Program-made: the position numbers and the translations under genes
Shown here: piece by piece, positions 11,481-20,910 of the stretch
Layout: the number at the start of each line of letters is the position of its first letter
How positions within the stretch are numbered: position 1 is the stretch's first letter
The notes under the pieces: model-generated
What the model was told of the DNA's origin: nothing
What the model saw: only the letters and a program-made list of their open reading frames with translations
The model's database searches: none
Assembly: GCA_963741955.1 (NCBI GenBank)
Contig: CAVUKB010000005.1
Location: forward strand, 544,001 to 608,000
Reading direction: 5' to 3'
From: an uncultured Acidobacteriota bacterium
GTDB lineage: Bacteria > Acidobacteriota > Thermoanaerobaculia > Gp7-AA8
Length of the DNA: 64,000 nucleotides

Positions 11481-11936
11481 ATGAACCAGATCTTTCAGGC
11501 ACAATCGGATCATCCGCTTTTCCGTTATTTCGACGAGGCGGAGCGGCAACGCGTCGAATCGCTCGCTGAAATGCGACGGCTCGACGACGGCGACTACCTC
11601 ATTCGGGAAAGCGAAAGCGATTCCACTCTCTACGCAGTCGAGGATGGACGGCTGGAGATCGTCGTGAGGCGCGACGGGAAAGAGACCGTCACCGCCACGG
11701 TCGGGCCTGGCGACGTTCTCGGGGAGGTGTCGTTCATCGACGACTCGCCGCGGACCGTTTCGGTCCGCGCGGCGGAAGATGCAACGGCTGTGCGCGCCTG
11801 GAAGAAGAGTGCGCTCACCAACGACCTCGCCGGACGCCCGGACCTCCTCGCGAAGTTCGCCGTGGCGATGAGCGAGCTGCTGGTCGAGCGGCTTCGCGAC
11901 AGCGTCCGCCGCCAGGGGGCGTACCGCCCGATCTGA
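11481..11936 (+). CDS. Stand-alone cyclic-nucleotide-binding domain protein
   Basis: GPGDVLGEVSFIDDSPRTVSVRA cNMP-binding motif; no HTH. Confidence 0.8.
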   Translation: MNQIFQAQSDHPLFRYFDEAERQRVESLAEMRRLDDGDYLIRESESDSTLYAVEDGRLEIVVRRDGKETVTATVGPGDVLGEVSFIDDSPRTVSVRAAEDATAVRAWKKSALTNDLAGRPDLLAKFAVAMSELLVERLRDSVRRQGAYRPI

Positions 11937-12075
11937 AGACGATTTCGAATCTCGAATCTGCTGCGATTCTGCCGCAGGTGTCGTCTCGATCCGCGTGGAC
12001 GCGGGCTTCGATACCAAACGCATCCGCACTCGTCGGGCACGATCCAGGTTCAAATCCGAGATCGGAGATCCGAGA

Positions 12076-13371
12076 TCACTCCCGCTTCTCCCACGGGTGA
12101 TAGTGCAGCGAGAACTCGATCCGCTCCGCGAGCGATGGATGCGAATACGTCCACCACTCGATGAACTTCGGAGGCTCGGGGTCGACCTTCGAATTCTCGG
12201 CGAACTTGATGAATGCGCTCGCCGTCGGGCCGTTCATGTGCGTCAGCTCGAGCCCGAAGACGTCCGCCTGGTGCTCGATGTGCCTCGAGAAACCGGAGAA
12301 CACCGGAGAGAGGAGGAACATCGCAACCGAGAGAACGACCAGCAGCCAGGGGACGGCCGCCGGGTCGGAGGGCGCGTCGAACCCCCATTTCGGCCCCCAC
12401 CGCTTCGTCCCGCTCTCGATCGCGCGCTGCGCGAGAAGCATCACCACGAACATCACTCCGTAGCCGAAGGCGAGTCCTTTCCAGAGGTGGTGCATGACGT
12501 AGTGCCCCATCTCGTGCCCCATCACCGAGAGGATCTCGCGGTCGTTCAGCTTTTCGAGGAGGGTGTCCCAGAGGACGATCCGCTGCGTCGGTCCGAGCCC
12601 GTTGACATAAGCGTTCATCGTCTTCGTCTGCTTCGACTTGTCGACCTGATACACCCGGCCGGACGGAATGCCCGCCCGCTGTGCTTCAGCGAGGAGCTCG
12701 GCCCGGAGCTTCGGGTTTTTCAGCGGCTCGAAGTGGTTGAACAGCGGCTCGATGATCACCGGGGCGATCACGACGAGGAAAATCGCGATGGGGATGGAAC
12801 CCGCCCAAAGCGCCAGCCACCAGCCGCGGCGGAGCCTTCGAATGACCTGGAGTGCGAGCGCGCCGAGCGGTGCGCCGATCACCAAGGCCACCCCGAACCC
12901 CTTCACCCCTTCGAGCACCCACTGCGCGAGAGTCTGGTTCGACAACCCGAATTGCTGAGGGACGATCCAGCCGGCGTAGAGGTTCAGTGGGAGAGAAAGG
13001 AGCGTCGACACCCCGGAGAAGAAGGCGATGTACAACATCGCCGCGAGAAATCTCTTCCGTACCATTCTCTGCGCCAGATCGCGCATCCGGCGCGACCATC
13101 CGGTCGCGAGAATGACGAAGAGCACACCGATTCCCCACAGCGTTCCGATGAAGTAGAGGGCGTTGTTGATGCGGCTGTGGCGCTGCATCTCCGGAGTGAC
13201 CGTCACCTGGTACTCCGGAGGAACGTTGGCCGGAACTCTCTTCACCGCGTCCGGGGTCTCGGCGCCTTCGCGAGCACCCGGGGCCGGAGCGGCGGAGCTC
13301 ACCGCGGCGAACACCAGCGCGGCTCCCGCCGCGACCGCCACCGACGCGAGAACGAGCGTGCGCAATCTCAT
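12076..13371 (-). CDS. M48 (Ste24-like) membrane zinc endopeptidase
   Basis: NAYVNGLG...RIVLWDTLL, HEMGH, EHQADVF and YSHPSLAERI; several TMs. Confidence 0.9.
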   Translation of the reverse strand: MRLRTLVLASVAVAAGAALVFAAVSSAAPAPGAREGAETPDAVKRVPANVPPEYQVTVTPEMQRHSRINNALYFIGTLWGIGVLFVILATGWSRRMRDLAQRMVRKRFLAAMLYIAFFSGVSTLLSLPLNLYAGWIVPQQFGLSNQTLAQWVLEGVKGFGVALVIGAPLGALALQVIRRLRRGWWLALWAGSIPIAIFLVVIAPVIIEPLFNHFEPLKNPKLRAELLAEAQRAGIPSGRVYQVDKSKQTKTMNAYVNGLGPTQRIVLWDTLLEKLNDREILSVMGHEMGHYVMHHLWKGLAFGYGVMFVVMLLAQRAIESGTKRWGPKWGFDAPSDPAAVPWLLVVLSVAMFLLSPVFSGFSRHIEHQADVFGLELTHMNGPTASAFIKFAENSKVDPEPPKFIEWWTYSHPSLAERIEFSLHYHPWEKRE

Positions 13372-13431
13372 CCGAAACTCACCTCCGTCGCCAGATCATC
13401 TCACCGTTTTCGCTGCGGTGACCGCGCCAGC

Positions 13432-15156
13432 TCAGAGGGGCACATCGAGGTCTGTGCCAATGTCGATCTTCTCGAACTGCGCGCCGAGGAAATGGACCGC
13501 CGCCCACGCCTCGAACCAGAGGAGCATCGCGGCCGGAATCGCGGCGACGGCGATGGGTTGAACTCCGAGAGCGCCGACACTGCTGGCGATGAAGGCTCCG
13601 ATCCCGATCACGAGAGCCGCGGGTATGAGCGCGATGCCGAGCGTGAACAACTGCCCGATCATCAACACGAGATTCTGTCCCATGGTGATGAAGCCGCGAG
13701 ATTGGTCGGAACGGCTCCATCCGGGGAGAATGATGACGATCGCGTTGTGGATGATCACCTGCAAGGAGACCAGACCGACGATCAGAAGCACCGCCGCCAC
13801 CGCTCCGCTCACGAACTGACCGGCGGAGAAATTGAGGAAGTCGTGCACGCTCGCGAAGCCGAGGGCCAGAAAGAGAATGGCCATGGCGCTGATGATCGCG
13901 GTCGGCGCCGCGACCTCCGCCGCCACCAGCCGCCACCCCGCGAGTGGATACGACTTGAGCGTCTCGATCCTCTCTCGATCCGCGCGGAGATCGTTGCGGA
14001 GCATCAGCGGTCCCATGAAAAGATAGAGAAACCCGAACGGGAACGCGAGAATCCCGATCACGCTCATCATGGTGTCGTACGCCCCCCCGATCCCCCCGAA
14101 GACGTTCAAGACGACGAAGATGAACGGAATCCCGAGGATCAGAAGAAGACGGACCGAGTAGACCCTCCCCGCCGCGATCAGGTTTTTCCAGAAGATCGCG
14201 AGCTCGGGAGGTCCAAGCGCACCGAGGGTGAAGGGTTTCGGCATCCGACGGAAAGTCACCTTCCCGTCGAGGGCCGCCAGACCGCCTCTCGCCTGCTCGA
14301 TCCGAGCGGCCTTCTTTTTGGAGAGATCGACCGATGTCTCTTCGAACGAGTAGTCGAGCCGGACCATGATGAAGAACGAGACGACCGCGAGCGAGAGCGC
14401 CGGCAGGAGGGAGATCGCGAGCTCGATCGGAGTCCTGGCGGAAAGTGGCCGCGCGAGCATCGACGGGACGAAGAGAATCGCGTGGAGCGGCGCCCAGGAG
14501 ATGGCATCCGTCACGACCTTCGTCGCGGCGCCGAGCTGCTGTTTCTGAAGGAGACCGAGAAGGACTGTCCGGACGGCCGGGCCGAAGCGCGATACGACCA
14601 GCGCGACCGTCCCGGCGAGGACAGCGAGAACCATTCCGATCCGAGGAAGCCACCCGATCCCCGCCTGACGCAGCCGTGCTCGTCCGAACGAAACCATCAT
14701 GAAATAGACGTTCAGCGCGTTGAACGTGAACCAGATTCCGACCAGGTTCGAGTGCCGGAAGATCAGAAGTCCGAACAGCACGGTCGAGAAGAGAAGCTGA
14801 AGTTGCGACCGGATGACCTTGTAGAGAAGCAGCTGCCGGCGTGAGACGGGTGCCGGAAAGAGAAACTGGATCTCGGCCTCGCTGAACTGCAGACCCGCAA
14901 CCGAAGTAGGGAGCGCCCAGGGGAGCAGAAGCGCTCCGAAAAGGAGGATGGTGAAGAGAAGCGCCCCGATCTCGGCGGTCAATCCAAACGTGCGCATCTC
15001 GTGTTCGCGCACCGCGTTCCGTAGAAAGACCATCCAGATGTACGCCATCCCCACCAGCGCAGAAATCAGGTAGCGCGGCTTCTTCAGGCGCCGGAGCTGA
15101 TGGAGGAGGCGGTTCTTCAGAGAGCGGGCGGTCAGCCAGAGGAAGTTGCCGATCAT
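13432..15156 (-). CDS. Putative ABC exporter permease
   Basis: Polytopic membrane protein starting MIGNFLWLTARS; overlaps the upstream ATPase stop. Confidence 0.75.
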   Translation of the reverse strand: MIGNFLWLTARSLKNRLLHQLRRLKKPRYLISALVGMAYIWMVFLRNAVREHEMRTFGLTAEIGALLFTILLFGALLLPWALPTSVAGLQFSEAEIQFLFPAPVSRRQLLLYKVIRSQLQLLFSTVLFGLLIFRHSNLVGIWFTFNALNVYFMMVSFGRARLRQAGIGWLPRIGMVLAVLAGTVALVVSRFGPAVRTVLLGLLQKQQLGAATKVVTDAISWAPLHAILFVPSMLARPLSARTPIELAISLLPALSLAVVSFFIMVRLDYSFEETSVDLSKKKAARIEQARGGLAALDGKVTFRRMPKPFTLGALGPPELAIFWKNLIAAGRVYSVRLLLILGIPFIFVVLNVFGGIGGAYDTMMSVIGILAFPFGFLYLFMGPLMLRNDLRADRERIETLKSYPLAGWRLVAAEVAAPTAIISAMAILFLALGFASVHDFLNFSAGQFVSGAVAAVLLIVGLVSLQVIIHNAIVIILPGWSRSDQSRGFITMGQNLVLMIGQLFTLGIALIPAALVIGIGAFIASSVGALGVQPIAVAAIPAAMLLWFEAWAAVHFLGAQFEKIDIGTDLDVPL

Positions 15157-15908
15157 CGAGTCGCCCCGACCTCCGGCGGCTCGGATGCGGTGATCCGAAT
15201 GAACGCTTCTTCCAGCGTCGTATCGCTCGTAGCCGCACTGATTCTCCGGATCTGGTCCAGCGTACCGAACGCGATGCTCCTCCCACGGTGAACGATCAGG
15301 AGCGTGTCGCACAGCTCTTCCACCAGATGAAGAAGGTGCGAGCTGATGAGAATCGCGGCTCCGTTCTCCTTCCGCCGCCGGATCGTTGCTTTCATCTTCC
15401 GGATGCCGAGCGGATCGAGCCCGGTGAGCGGCTCGTCGAAGATCAGAACGCGCGGATCGTGTACGAGACCACACGCGATCATCAGCTTCTGCTTCATTCC
15501 TCGAGAAAGCTCGGCGGGAAGTGCCTTCCGCTTCGGCGTGAGCTCGAGCTCTTCGAGCAGCGCCTCTGCCTGCGGCTTCCACTCGTTGACGCCGTAGATT
15601 TTCGCCACGAACTGCAGGTGCTCCTCGACCGTGAGATAGTCGAACAGCTTCGGCTCGTCGGAGAAGAACGCGAGGTGCTGTTTCGCTGCGACCGGCTGGT
15701 CCACCACGTCCGCTCCGCAAATGGTGATCTCTCCACGCGTGGGACGGTGGATCCCGGCCAGCGCCCTGAGCGTGGTCGTCTTCCCCGCTCCGTTCGGACC
15801 GACGAGACCGAGAATCTCTCCTTCACCCACCCAGAAACTGAGGTCCTCGATCGCAATCAGATCACCGTAGTTCTTCGTCAGATTGCGTACCTCGACCAGT
15901 CGATCCAT
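15153..15908 (-). CDS. ABC transporter ATP-binding protein
   Basis: GPNGAGKTT, LSRGMKQK, LIFDEP and SSHLL; start MDRLVEV. Confidence 0.92.
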   Translation of the reverse strand: MDRLVEVRNLTKNYGDLIAIEDLSFWVGEGEILGLVGPNGAGKTTTLRALAGIHRPTRGEITICGADVVDQPVAAKQHLAFFSDEPKLFDYLTVEEHLQFVAKIYGVNEWKPQAEALLEELELTPKRKALPAELSRGMKQKLMIACGLVHDPRVLIFDEPLTGLDPLGIRKMKATIRRRKENGAAILISSHLLHLVEELCDTLLIVHRGRSIAFGTLDQIRRISAATSDTTLEEAFIRITASEPPEVGATR

Positions 15909-16296
15909 TCGTGAGCTCCTCCCCTGAGTCCGGCTGCATCCGGAAGGATACCGCGGCCCCACCCGGATTCCATACGGCGAGGGGGAGGTATTTGTTTCCG
16001 TGAATGCAAGGTCAGGGAGTGAGGAGGAGGAGGCGGTGCGATGGCATCGGTGACGACGAGCGACGCCGGGACTGCGCCACGCCGGCTCCCGGCCCGGATC
16101 ATTCACGGGATTTCTGCTGCGGAGCGCAACCCGGGCTAGAATATGGTTTCGGCCGGGCGACGGCCGAAACGCTTGAGCACCGATCTCGCATGACAGGGGA
16201 GGAGTGCGCCAGCCGCACACAATCCGAGCTCCCGATGCGGTCCCGCCGGACGGACATCGGATCAGAGCGGATACACGAGGAGGAGCAGGGATCATC

Positions 16297-17301
16297 ATGA
16301 AGAGGACCATCCGGAGTCTCGCCGTCTCTCTCGCATTCTTCACGCTGGCATCACCGCTGCTCGCGGCACGAATCCGCGCGTTCGACGCCGTCTACACGGC
16401 CACTCTGAGCGGGATCCCCGCCGGAACGAAGAATGTCCGGATCTGGATTCCGGTCCCTTCCTCGCGCGATCACCAGATCGTCTCGAACATCCGGATCGAC
16501 GCGCCGTTCGCATGGAAAGAAAACGTCGAGCCCGAGTTCGGCAATCACTATCTCTTCGCAACGCTTCCCGAAGCACCGGGTGGGGACGTGACGGTCACGA
16601 TCTCGTTCACGGTGCAGCGGAACGAGATCACGTTCGCCTCGCTCCAGGCGGGCAAGATCTCCGATCGAGAGCTCGAGCGCGATCTGAAGCCGGACCGTCT
16701 GGTCACCCTCTCCCCTCGGGTGCGGCAGCTCGCCGACCGCGTCGCGGGAGGCGCGAGCTCGACGCTCGATCAGGCCCACCGGATCTACGACTACCTCGTC
16801 ACCTCGATGACCTACGACAAGTCGACGCCGGGGTGGGGCCACGGCGACTCGGAGCGGGCGTGCGACATCAGGAAAGGGAACTGCACCGATTTCCACTCGC
16901 TCTTCATTTCGCTCGCGCGGGCACGGGGAATCCCGGCTCGTTTCGTGATCGGCTTTCCGGTCTCCGCCTCCCCCGACGGACAGATGAAGGGCTATCACTG
17001 CTGGGCCGAGTTCTGGGACGGATCGAAGGGTTGGGTCCCGATCGACGCTTCGGAGGCCTCCCAGTCGAAGGACCCCACGGTGAGGGCGTACCTGTTCGGC
17101 AATCTCGACCCCGACCGGGTCGCGTTCTCCATCGGCCGGGACATCCGCTTTCCGGAAGGGACGAAGGAGCCGTTGAACTACTTCGTCTACCCGTACGCAG
17201 AGTCGAACGGAGAGTCGGTAGGGAGAGGAAGCATCTCTCTTCAGTACCGTGAATCGAAGCCTCAGCAGCGCTCCGCCGCGACGTCGGCGGAGGGTCGTTG
17301 A
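16297..17301 (+). CDS. Secreted transglutaminase-like domain protein
   Basis: Signal peptide; GNCTDFHSLF...GIPARF...YHCWAEF...GWVPID (Cys-His-Asp triad). Confidence 0.88.
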   Translation: MKRTIRSLAVSLAFFTLASPLLAARIRAFDAVYTATLSGIPAGTKNVRIWIPVPSSRDHQIVSNIRIDAPFAWKENVEPEFGNHYLFATLPEAPGGDVTVTISFTVQRNEITFASLQAGKISDRELERDLKPDRLVTLSPRVRQLADRVAGGASSTLDQAHRIYDYLVTSMTYDKSTPGWGHGDSERACDIRKGNCTDFHSLFISLARARGIPARFVIGFPVSASPDGQMKGYHCWAEFWDGSKGWVPIDASEASQSKDPTVRAYLFGNLDPDRVAFSIGRDIRFPEGTKEPLNYFVYPYAESNGESVGRGSISLQYRESKPQQRSAATSAEGR

Positions 17302-17380
17302 GCCGGTTCGCCACTCACCTTCCCGGTGCCGTCAGCTCTCCGGCCTCTCGCCTTTCACCAAAAGCGCGTGGGCGTCGAGA

Positions 17381-17893
17381 TCAGAGAGCGAGGGTGCGGA
17401 TACGCTTCAACTGCTCGGACGGATAGAGACGCGGGTTCACTGAGCCGTGCGCCTCGAGGATTCGCCCATCTTCCCCGATCAGATAGGCGATGCGGCGTGC
17501 GAAGAGATCGTGCGGTGAGCCGGCCGCTCCGTACGCCATCCCGATCGTCCGATCCGGATCAGAAAGCAGCGGGAAGGGGAACCCGTGCTTCGCGGCGAAT
17601 TCCTCCAGCGCGTCGCGCGAATCGAAACTCGAACCGATGATGACGACGTTCCGCGCCGTATAGGCGTCGTAGAGATTCCGGAACCCGGAACCTTCGGCCG
17701 CTCACCCCGGCGTGTTCGCTCTCGGAAAGAACCAGAGTACGACCTTCTTTCCGCGGAGGGACGAGAGGTGCACCCGCTCGCCACGATGGTCGAGGGCATC
17801 GAAGTCGGGAGCACTCTCTCCGACCGAGAGCATGTGCGGCTTCCGGCGAAGCACGGCATCGGCGACCAGTCTGAGAATTCCCTTCAGCGACAT
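17381..17893 (-). CDS. bcp: BCP/PrxQ peroxiredoxin, probable selenoprotein (in-frame TGA at 17702-17704)
   Basis: VVLWFFPRANTPG-TGA-AAEGSGFRNLYDAY...VVIIGSSFD...FPFPLLSDPDR...RIAYLIGEDGRI continues in frame to the stop at 17381. The TGA sits at the peroxidatic Cys of PxxxTxxC. The start may be 17833. Confidence 0.82.
17672..17695 (-). promoter_or_regulatory. Candidate bacterial SECIS hairpin
   Basis: GGUUCCGG-GUU-CCGGAAUC; the loop begins with G 18 nt after the UGA. Confidence 0.65.
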
Positions 17894-17967
17894 CAGTCCT
17901 CCGGCGGGATCGGGTTCATCGGATCCGGGGTTGCAGGTTCACGTCGAAAGAGGCTCGAAGCTCGAGT

Positions 17968-18444
17968 TCACTTCATCCATTCGTAGACCAGGTAATGCTC
18001 GCCGGACATGCCGAGTCGCTCGTAAACCAGCTGCGCGGGTCGGTTTCGCCGGTCGACGTAAAGCCGTACTCCGGCAATTGTATCGTCTGCATCCACGATC
18101 TCACGAACATGAGCGTAGAGACTCGCATAGACTCCGCGTCTCCGCATCGATTCGTCGACGAAAACGCTCTGAATCCACCATACCGTTCGGGCGCGCCAAT
18201 CGCTCCACTCGAAAGTGATCAGCAGCGATCCGACCACCTTTCCACCCGCTTCGGCGATGAAGTACCTCCCGAGCGACGGATCTGCAAAGACGCTCCGTAC
18301 ACCGCGGCGGCAGGTCTCGCCATCGAGCTCGACCTCCTCCGTCTCCCGCGCCATCCGCAACTGGAACGCGACGATCGTCTCGGCATCAGCCTCCACCGCA
18401 TCCCGGCAGCGGATCGAGTTTCCGTCAGGTCGAATCTCCGTCAT
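17968..18444 (-). CDS. GNAT-family N-acetyltransferase
   Basis: ITFEWSDWR...WWIQSVFVDESMRRRGVY and N..AQLVYERLGM. Confidence 0.88.
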   Translation of the reverse strand: MTEIRPDGNSIRCRDAVEADAETIVAFQLRMARETEEVELDGETCRRGVRSVFADPSLGRYFIAEAGGKVVGSLLITFEWSDWRARTVWWIQSVFVDESMRRRGVYASLYAHVREIVDADDTIAGVRLYVDRRNRPAQLVYERLGMSGEHYLVYEWMK

Positions 18445-18546
18445 ACCAAAGCACTCCCGATAAGTGAATCGTCGTTTACCACTTCCGCAACAGCGCCGAA
18501 CGGTGCGTTCTTTCTCCAACCCTCCCCGGCGCGGACCATTCAATCA

Positions 18547-18572
18547 CGGAATGATGCAGTTGCATCATTCCG
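18547..18572. promoter_or_regulatory. Perfect 12+12-bp palindrome, candidate transcription-factor operator
   Basis: CGGAATGATGCA-GT-TGCATCATTCCG; the core recurs at 19736-19751. Confidence 0.6.
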
Positions 18573-18605
18573 AATCGAAAAAATGAACCGAGAATTGGGA
18601 TGTGT

Positions 18606-18882
18606 GTGGGCCATAGAGGAAGAGAGTGCTGGTGAAGGACCCTTGAAGCGGTTCGAAAGGACCGCGGCCCGAACGCCTCGAGAGGAAGACCGAAGGTTGC
18701 GTGACGAAGCTCAGCGCCTTGCCGCGTAACGGATCCAAGTGACCCGCCGTGACCTTCGGAAGAGACGTCCGAGCACAACACGATGGTGCCAAGCCTGCCA
18801 ATCCATCGCTCCTTCCCGGGAAAGGGACTTCATCGAATCCGCACCTCCCTACTCGGCCGCAACCTCTATGGCCCACCTTTTT
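18606..18882 (+). ncRNA. Candidate ~270-nt structured non-coding RNA of unknown family
   Basis: 14-bp closing stem (18606-18619 / 18863-18876) followed by a T-tract, nested helices with G-U pairs, a GAAA-capped hairpin, and no credible ORF. Confidence 0.55.
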
Positions 18883-18995
18883 GATTCGAGGGATCAGGAG
18901 CTCGGGACGGAGCTCCGAGGCGTGGCGGGGAGTCACCGGCTGAAATACCGAACGGGTGCGCTGGGGAACCCCGATTTCGGGGTCAGGGCCGGGAC

Positions 18996-19691
18996 TCACC
19001 CGCCGATTTCGTGTCTCTCGCTCGCGCCGGCGGGGATTCCACGGAAACGAGCCGTCGCGGCAAGCCTGTTGTGCACTCCGAGCTTGGCCAGAATCCGCTG
19101 AACGTGATTCCGCACCGTCACCCGTGAGATCGAGAGGGTCGAGGCGATCACTTCGGTCGCTTCTCCCCGGTCCAGCATCCCGAGGATCTCTCGCTCCCGA
19201 GGAGTGAGAAGCCGTTCGACCTCCTGGGTCTGCTCGCATCCCGCAGCCTGATCACTCTCCATTCCTTCCGTGGCCTGTCGGATCGCTTCATCCGCCACGT
19301 CGGTAGGCATCTCGCCCTTCAGCACGGCTGGCGTGAGCGTATGCACGACGACCGGCGCCGCTGCGGGGGTTCGACGCTTCGACAGAGGCTCGACCACGAA
19401 CGGCAGATACTCGCCGCAGCTGTTGCGGTATCGCGCGATGAACGGGTGGACCTCGGCGTTCGGCATCTCCCGCACCTGATGGGAGATCGGACAGGAGCGG
19501 TAGCAGTGAACGTTCCCGAAAAGGTCTCTCCCCGCGAGGAGGTCATAGCACCGCTTCCCGAGCGCGTGATCGGCGTCGATCCCGAACTGCTCGGAACATG
19601 CGTCATTCCAGGAAACGATGCGGTTCTGATGGTCGATCGCAAATGCCGGCTGCTGGAGAGGGTCGGGGGCTTCTTTCGGTACATTACGCAT
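18996..19691 (-). CDS. PAS domain + LuxR-type HTH transcriptional regulator
   Basis: PAS-like AFAIDHQNRIVSWNDAC...GKRCYDLL with C-x14-C-x3-C; LTPREREIL...TVRNHVQRILAKLGVHNR (LuxR HTH). Confidence 0.88.
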   Translation of the reverse strand: MRNVPKEAPDPLQQPAFAIDHQNRIVSWNDACSEQFGIDADHALGKRCYDLLAGRDLFGNVHCYRSCPISHQVREMPNAEVHPFIARYRNSCGEYLPFVVEPLSKRRTPAAAPVVVHTLTPAVLKGEMPTDVADEAIRQATEGMESDQAAGCEQTQEVERLLTPREREILGMLDRGEATEVIASTLSISRVTVRNHVQRILAKLGVHNRLAATARFRGIPAGASERHEIGG

Positions 19692-19735
19692 TTGTCAGAA
19701 ATATAGCGCTTCTCCGGCCGCGCGGCACGAAAAAC

Positions 19736-19751
19736 TGATGCATCTGCACCA
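19736..19751. promoter_or_regulatory. Second copy of the TGATGCA-N2-TGCATCA box, upstream of the PAS-LuxR gene
   Basis: TGATGCA-TC-TGCACCA (1 mismatch in the arms); a minus-strand TATATT -10-like hexamer lies at 19705-19700. Confidence 0.5.
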
Positions 19752-19851
19752 ATTGTTCACAGTTTTCTGCTGAATCCGGGTGGTAGGATGCGCGCGGACT
19801 CCTCCCTGAGTTGCCGGCCGGCAACCGACACGTCCCCGGAGATGAGCGGAG

Positions 19852-20757
19852 TTGACTGACGATCACCTGAACACGCGTCTCGCCCCCCTGATGCTTCTCG
19901 GATCCTCCACTCTGTTCGGGGTGATGTCATTCCTGGCGAAGGTCGTCTCGGAGGTGATTCCCGGCTCAGAGGTCGCATTCGTCCGCTTCCTCGTGGGCAT
20001 CATTCCGATCCTTCTGCTCACCCGCGCGAGGAATGCGGCTTTCACGTTCCAGCGAGTCGACATCCTTTTCTATCGAGGATTCTTCGGCGGCGTGGCGGTG
20101 CTCTGTTTCTTCACCGCGATCGCGCACATCCCGGTCGGCGTCGCGACGCTGCTCAACTACATGGCGCCGATGTTCAGCGGCTTCTTCGCCGCGATCTTTC
20201 TCGACGAACCGCTGACCGCGCGCGTCCTGGTTCCGCTGGGAGTCGCGTTCGGCGGCGTGATCCTGGTCGTGAAGGCTCATGCGGCACCGGGAGAAATTCT
20301 CGGATTCGGAATCTGGCACCTGGTCGGGCTCCTCTCCGCAGTGCTCTCGGGTGCCGCCGTCACCGCGATCCGCGGAGCGAGGCGGACCGAGAACTCGTGG
20401 GCCATCTTCGGGAGCTTCTCGCTCTTCGGGCTTCTCGCCACCCTGCCGGTGGCTGCGTTCGAGTGGCACACGCCCACCCTCTTCCAATGGATGCTTCTCG
20501 TCGGGGTCGCCGCATTGTCGATCGTCGCTCAGCTGATCATGACCCATGCCTTCCGCTGGGTCGAAACGCTCATCGCGGGCGTCATATCCCAGTTCACCGT
20601 CGTCGTGGCAATGACCATGGGGGCAATCTGGCTCGGAGAGAAGATCACGCCGCTCTCACTGATCGGGAGTCTGCTGACGATCGGCGGTGTCGTCTCGGTG
20701 GTGGGATTCACGCCGCACAAATCGGCCGAGGACGCCGAGCTCGGACGGCCAGGGTAG
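19852..20757 (+). CDS. DMT/EamA-family transporter
   Basis: About 10 TMs in two repeats; ATLLNYMAPMF...FLDE and WLGEKI. Confidence 0.85.
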   Translation: MTDDHLNTRLAPLMLLGSSTLFGVMSFLAKVVSEVIPGSEVAFVRFLVGIIPILLLTRARNAAFTFQRVDILFYRGFFGGVAVLCFFTAIAHIPVGVATLLNYMAPMFSGFFAAIFLDEPLTARVLVPLGVAFGGVILVVKAHAAPGEILGFGIWHLVGLLSAVLSGAAVTAIRGARRTENSWAIFGSFSLFGLLATLPVAAFEWHTPTLFQWMLLVGVAALSIVAQLIMTHAFRWVETLIAGVISQFTVVVAMTMGAIWLGEKITPLSLIGSLLTIGGVVSVVGFTPHKSAEDAELGRPG

Positions 20758-20910
20758 GAGTCTGCGTGGTAGAAACGTCCGTAGCGAGAAAGCGGAGCAG
20801 CGAGGCCAGGATCAAGGAGCGAGGAGGCGCTGATACGGCGGCATCGTTGACGACGAGCGACGCCGCGATTGCGCCGTAATCCTCCCGGCTGACGCCGCAC
20901 GCCGGTCAGA

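Noticed and set aside
9103-14844. Long antisense ORFs (9103-11481, 11995-14844 and many similar ones)
   Set aside because: Shadow frames of well-supported genes in high-GC DNA; Arg/Pro-rich with no motifs.
17702-17704. Nonsense pseudogene explanation for the two in-frame TGAs (also 34319-34321)
   Set aside because: Both fall exactly on catalytic Cys positions, the downstream frames are intact, and both have SECIS-like hairpins.
18606-18882. Retron msr-msd or CsrB/Rsm-type sRNA
   Set aside because: No reverse transcriptase is nearby, and the GGA motifs are not consistently in hairpin loops. Kept as an unknown RNA candidate.
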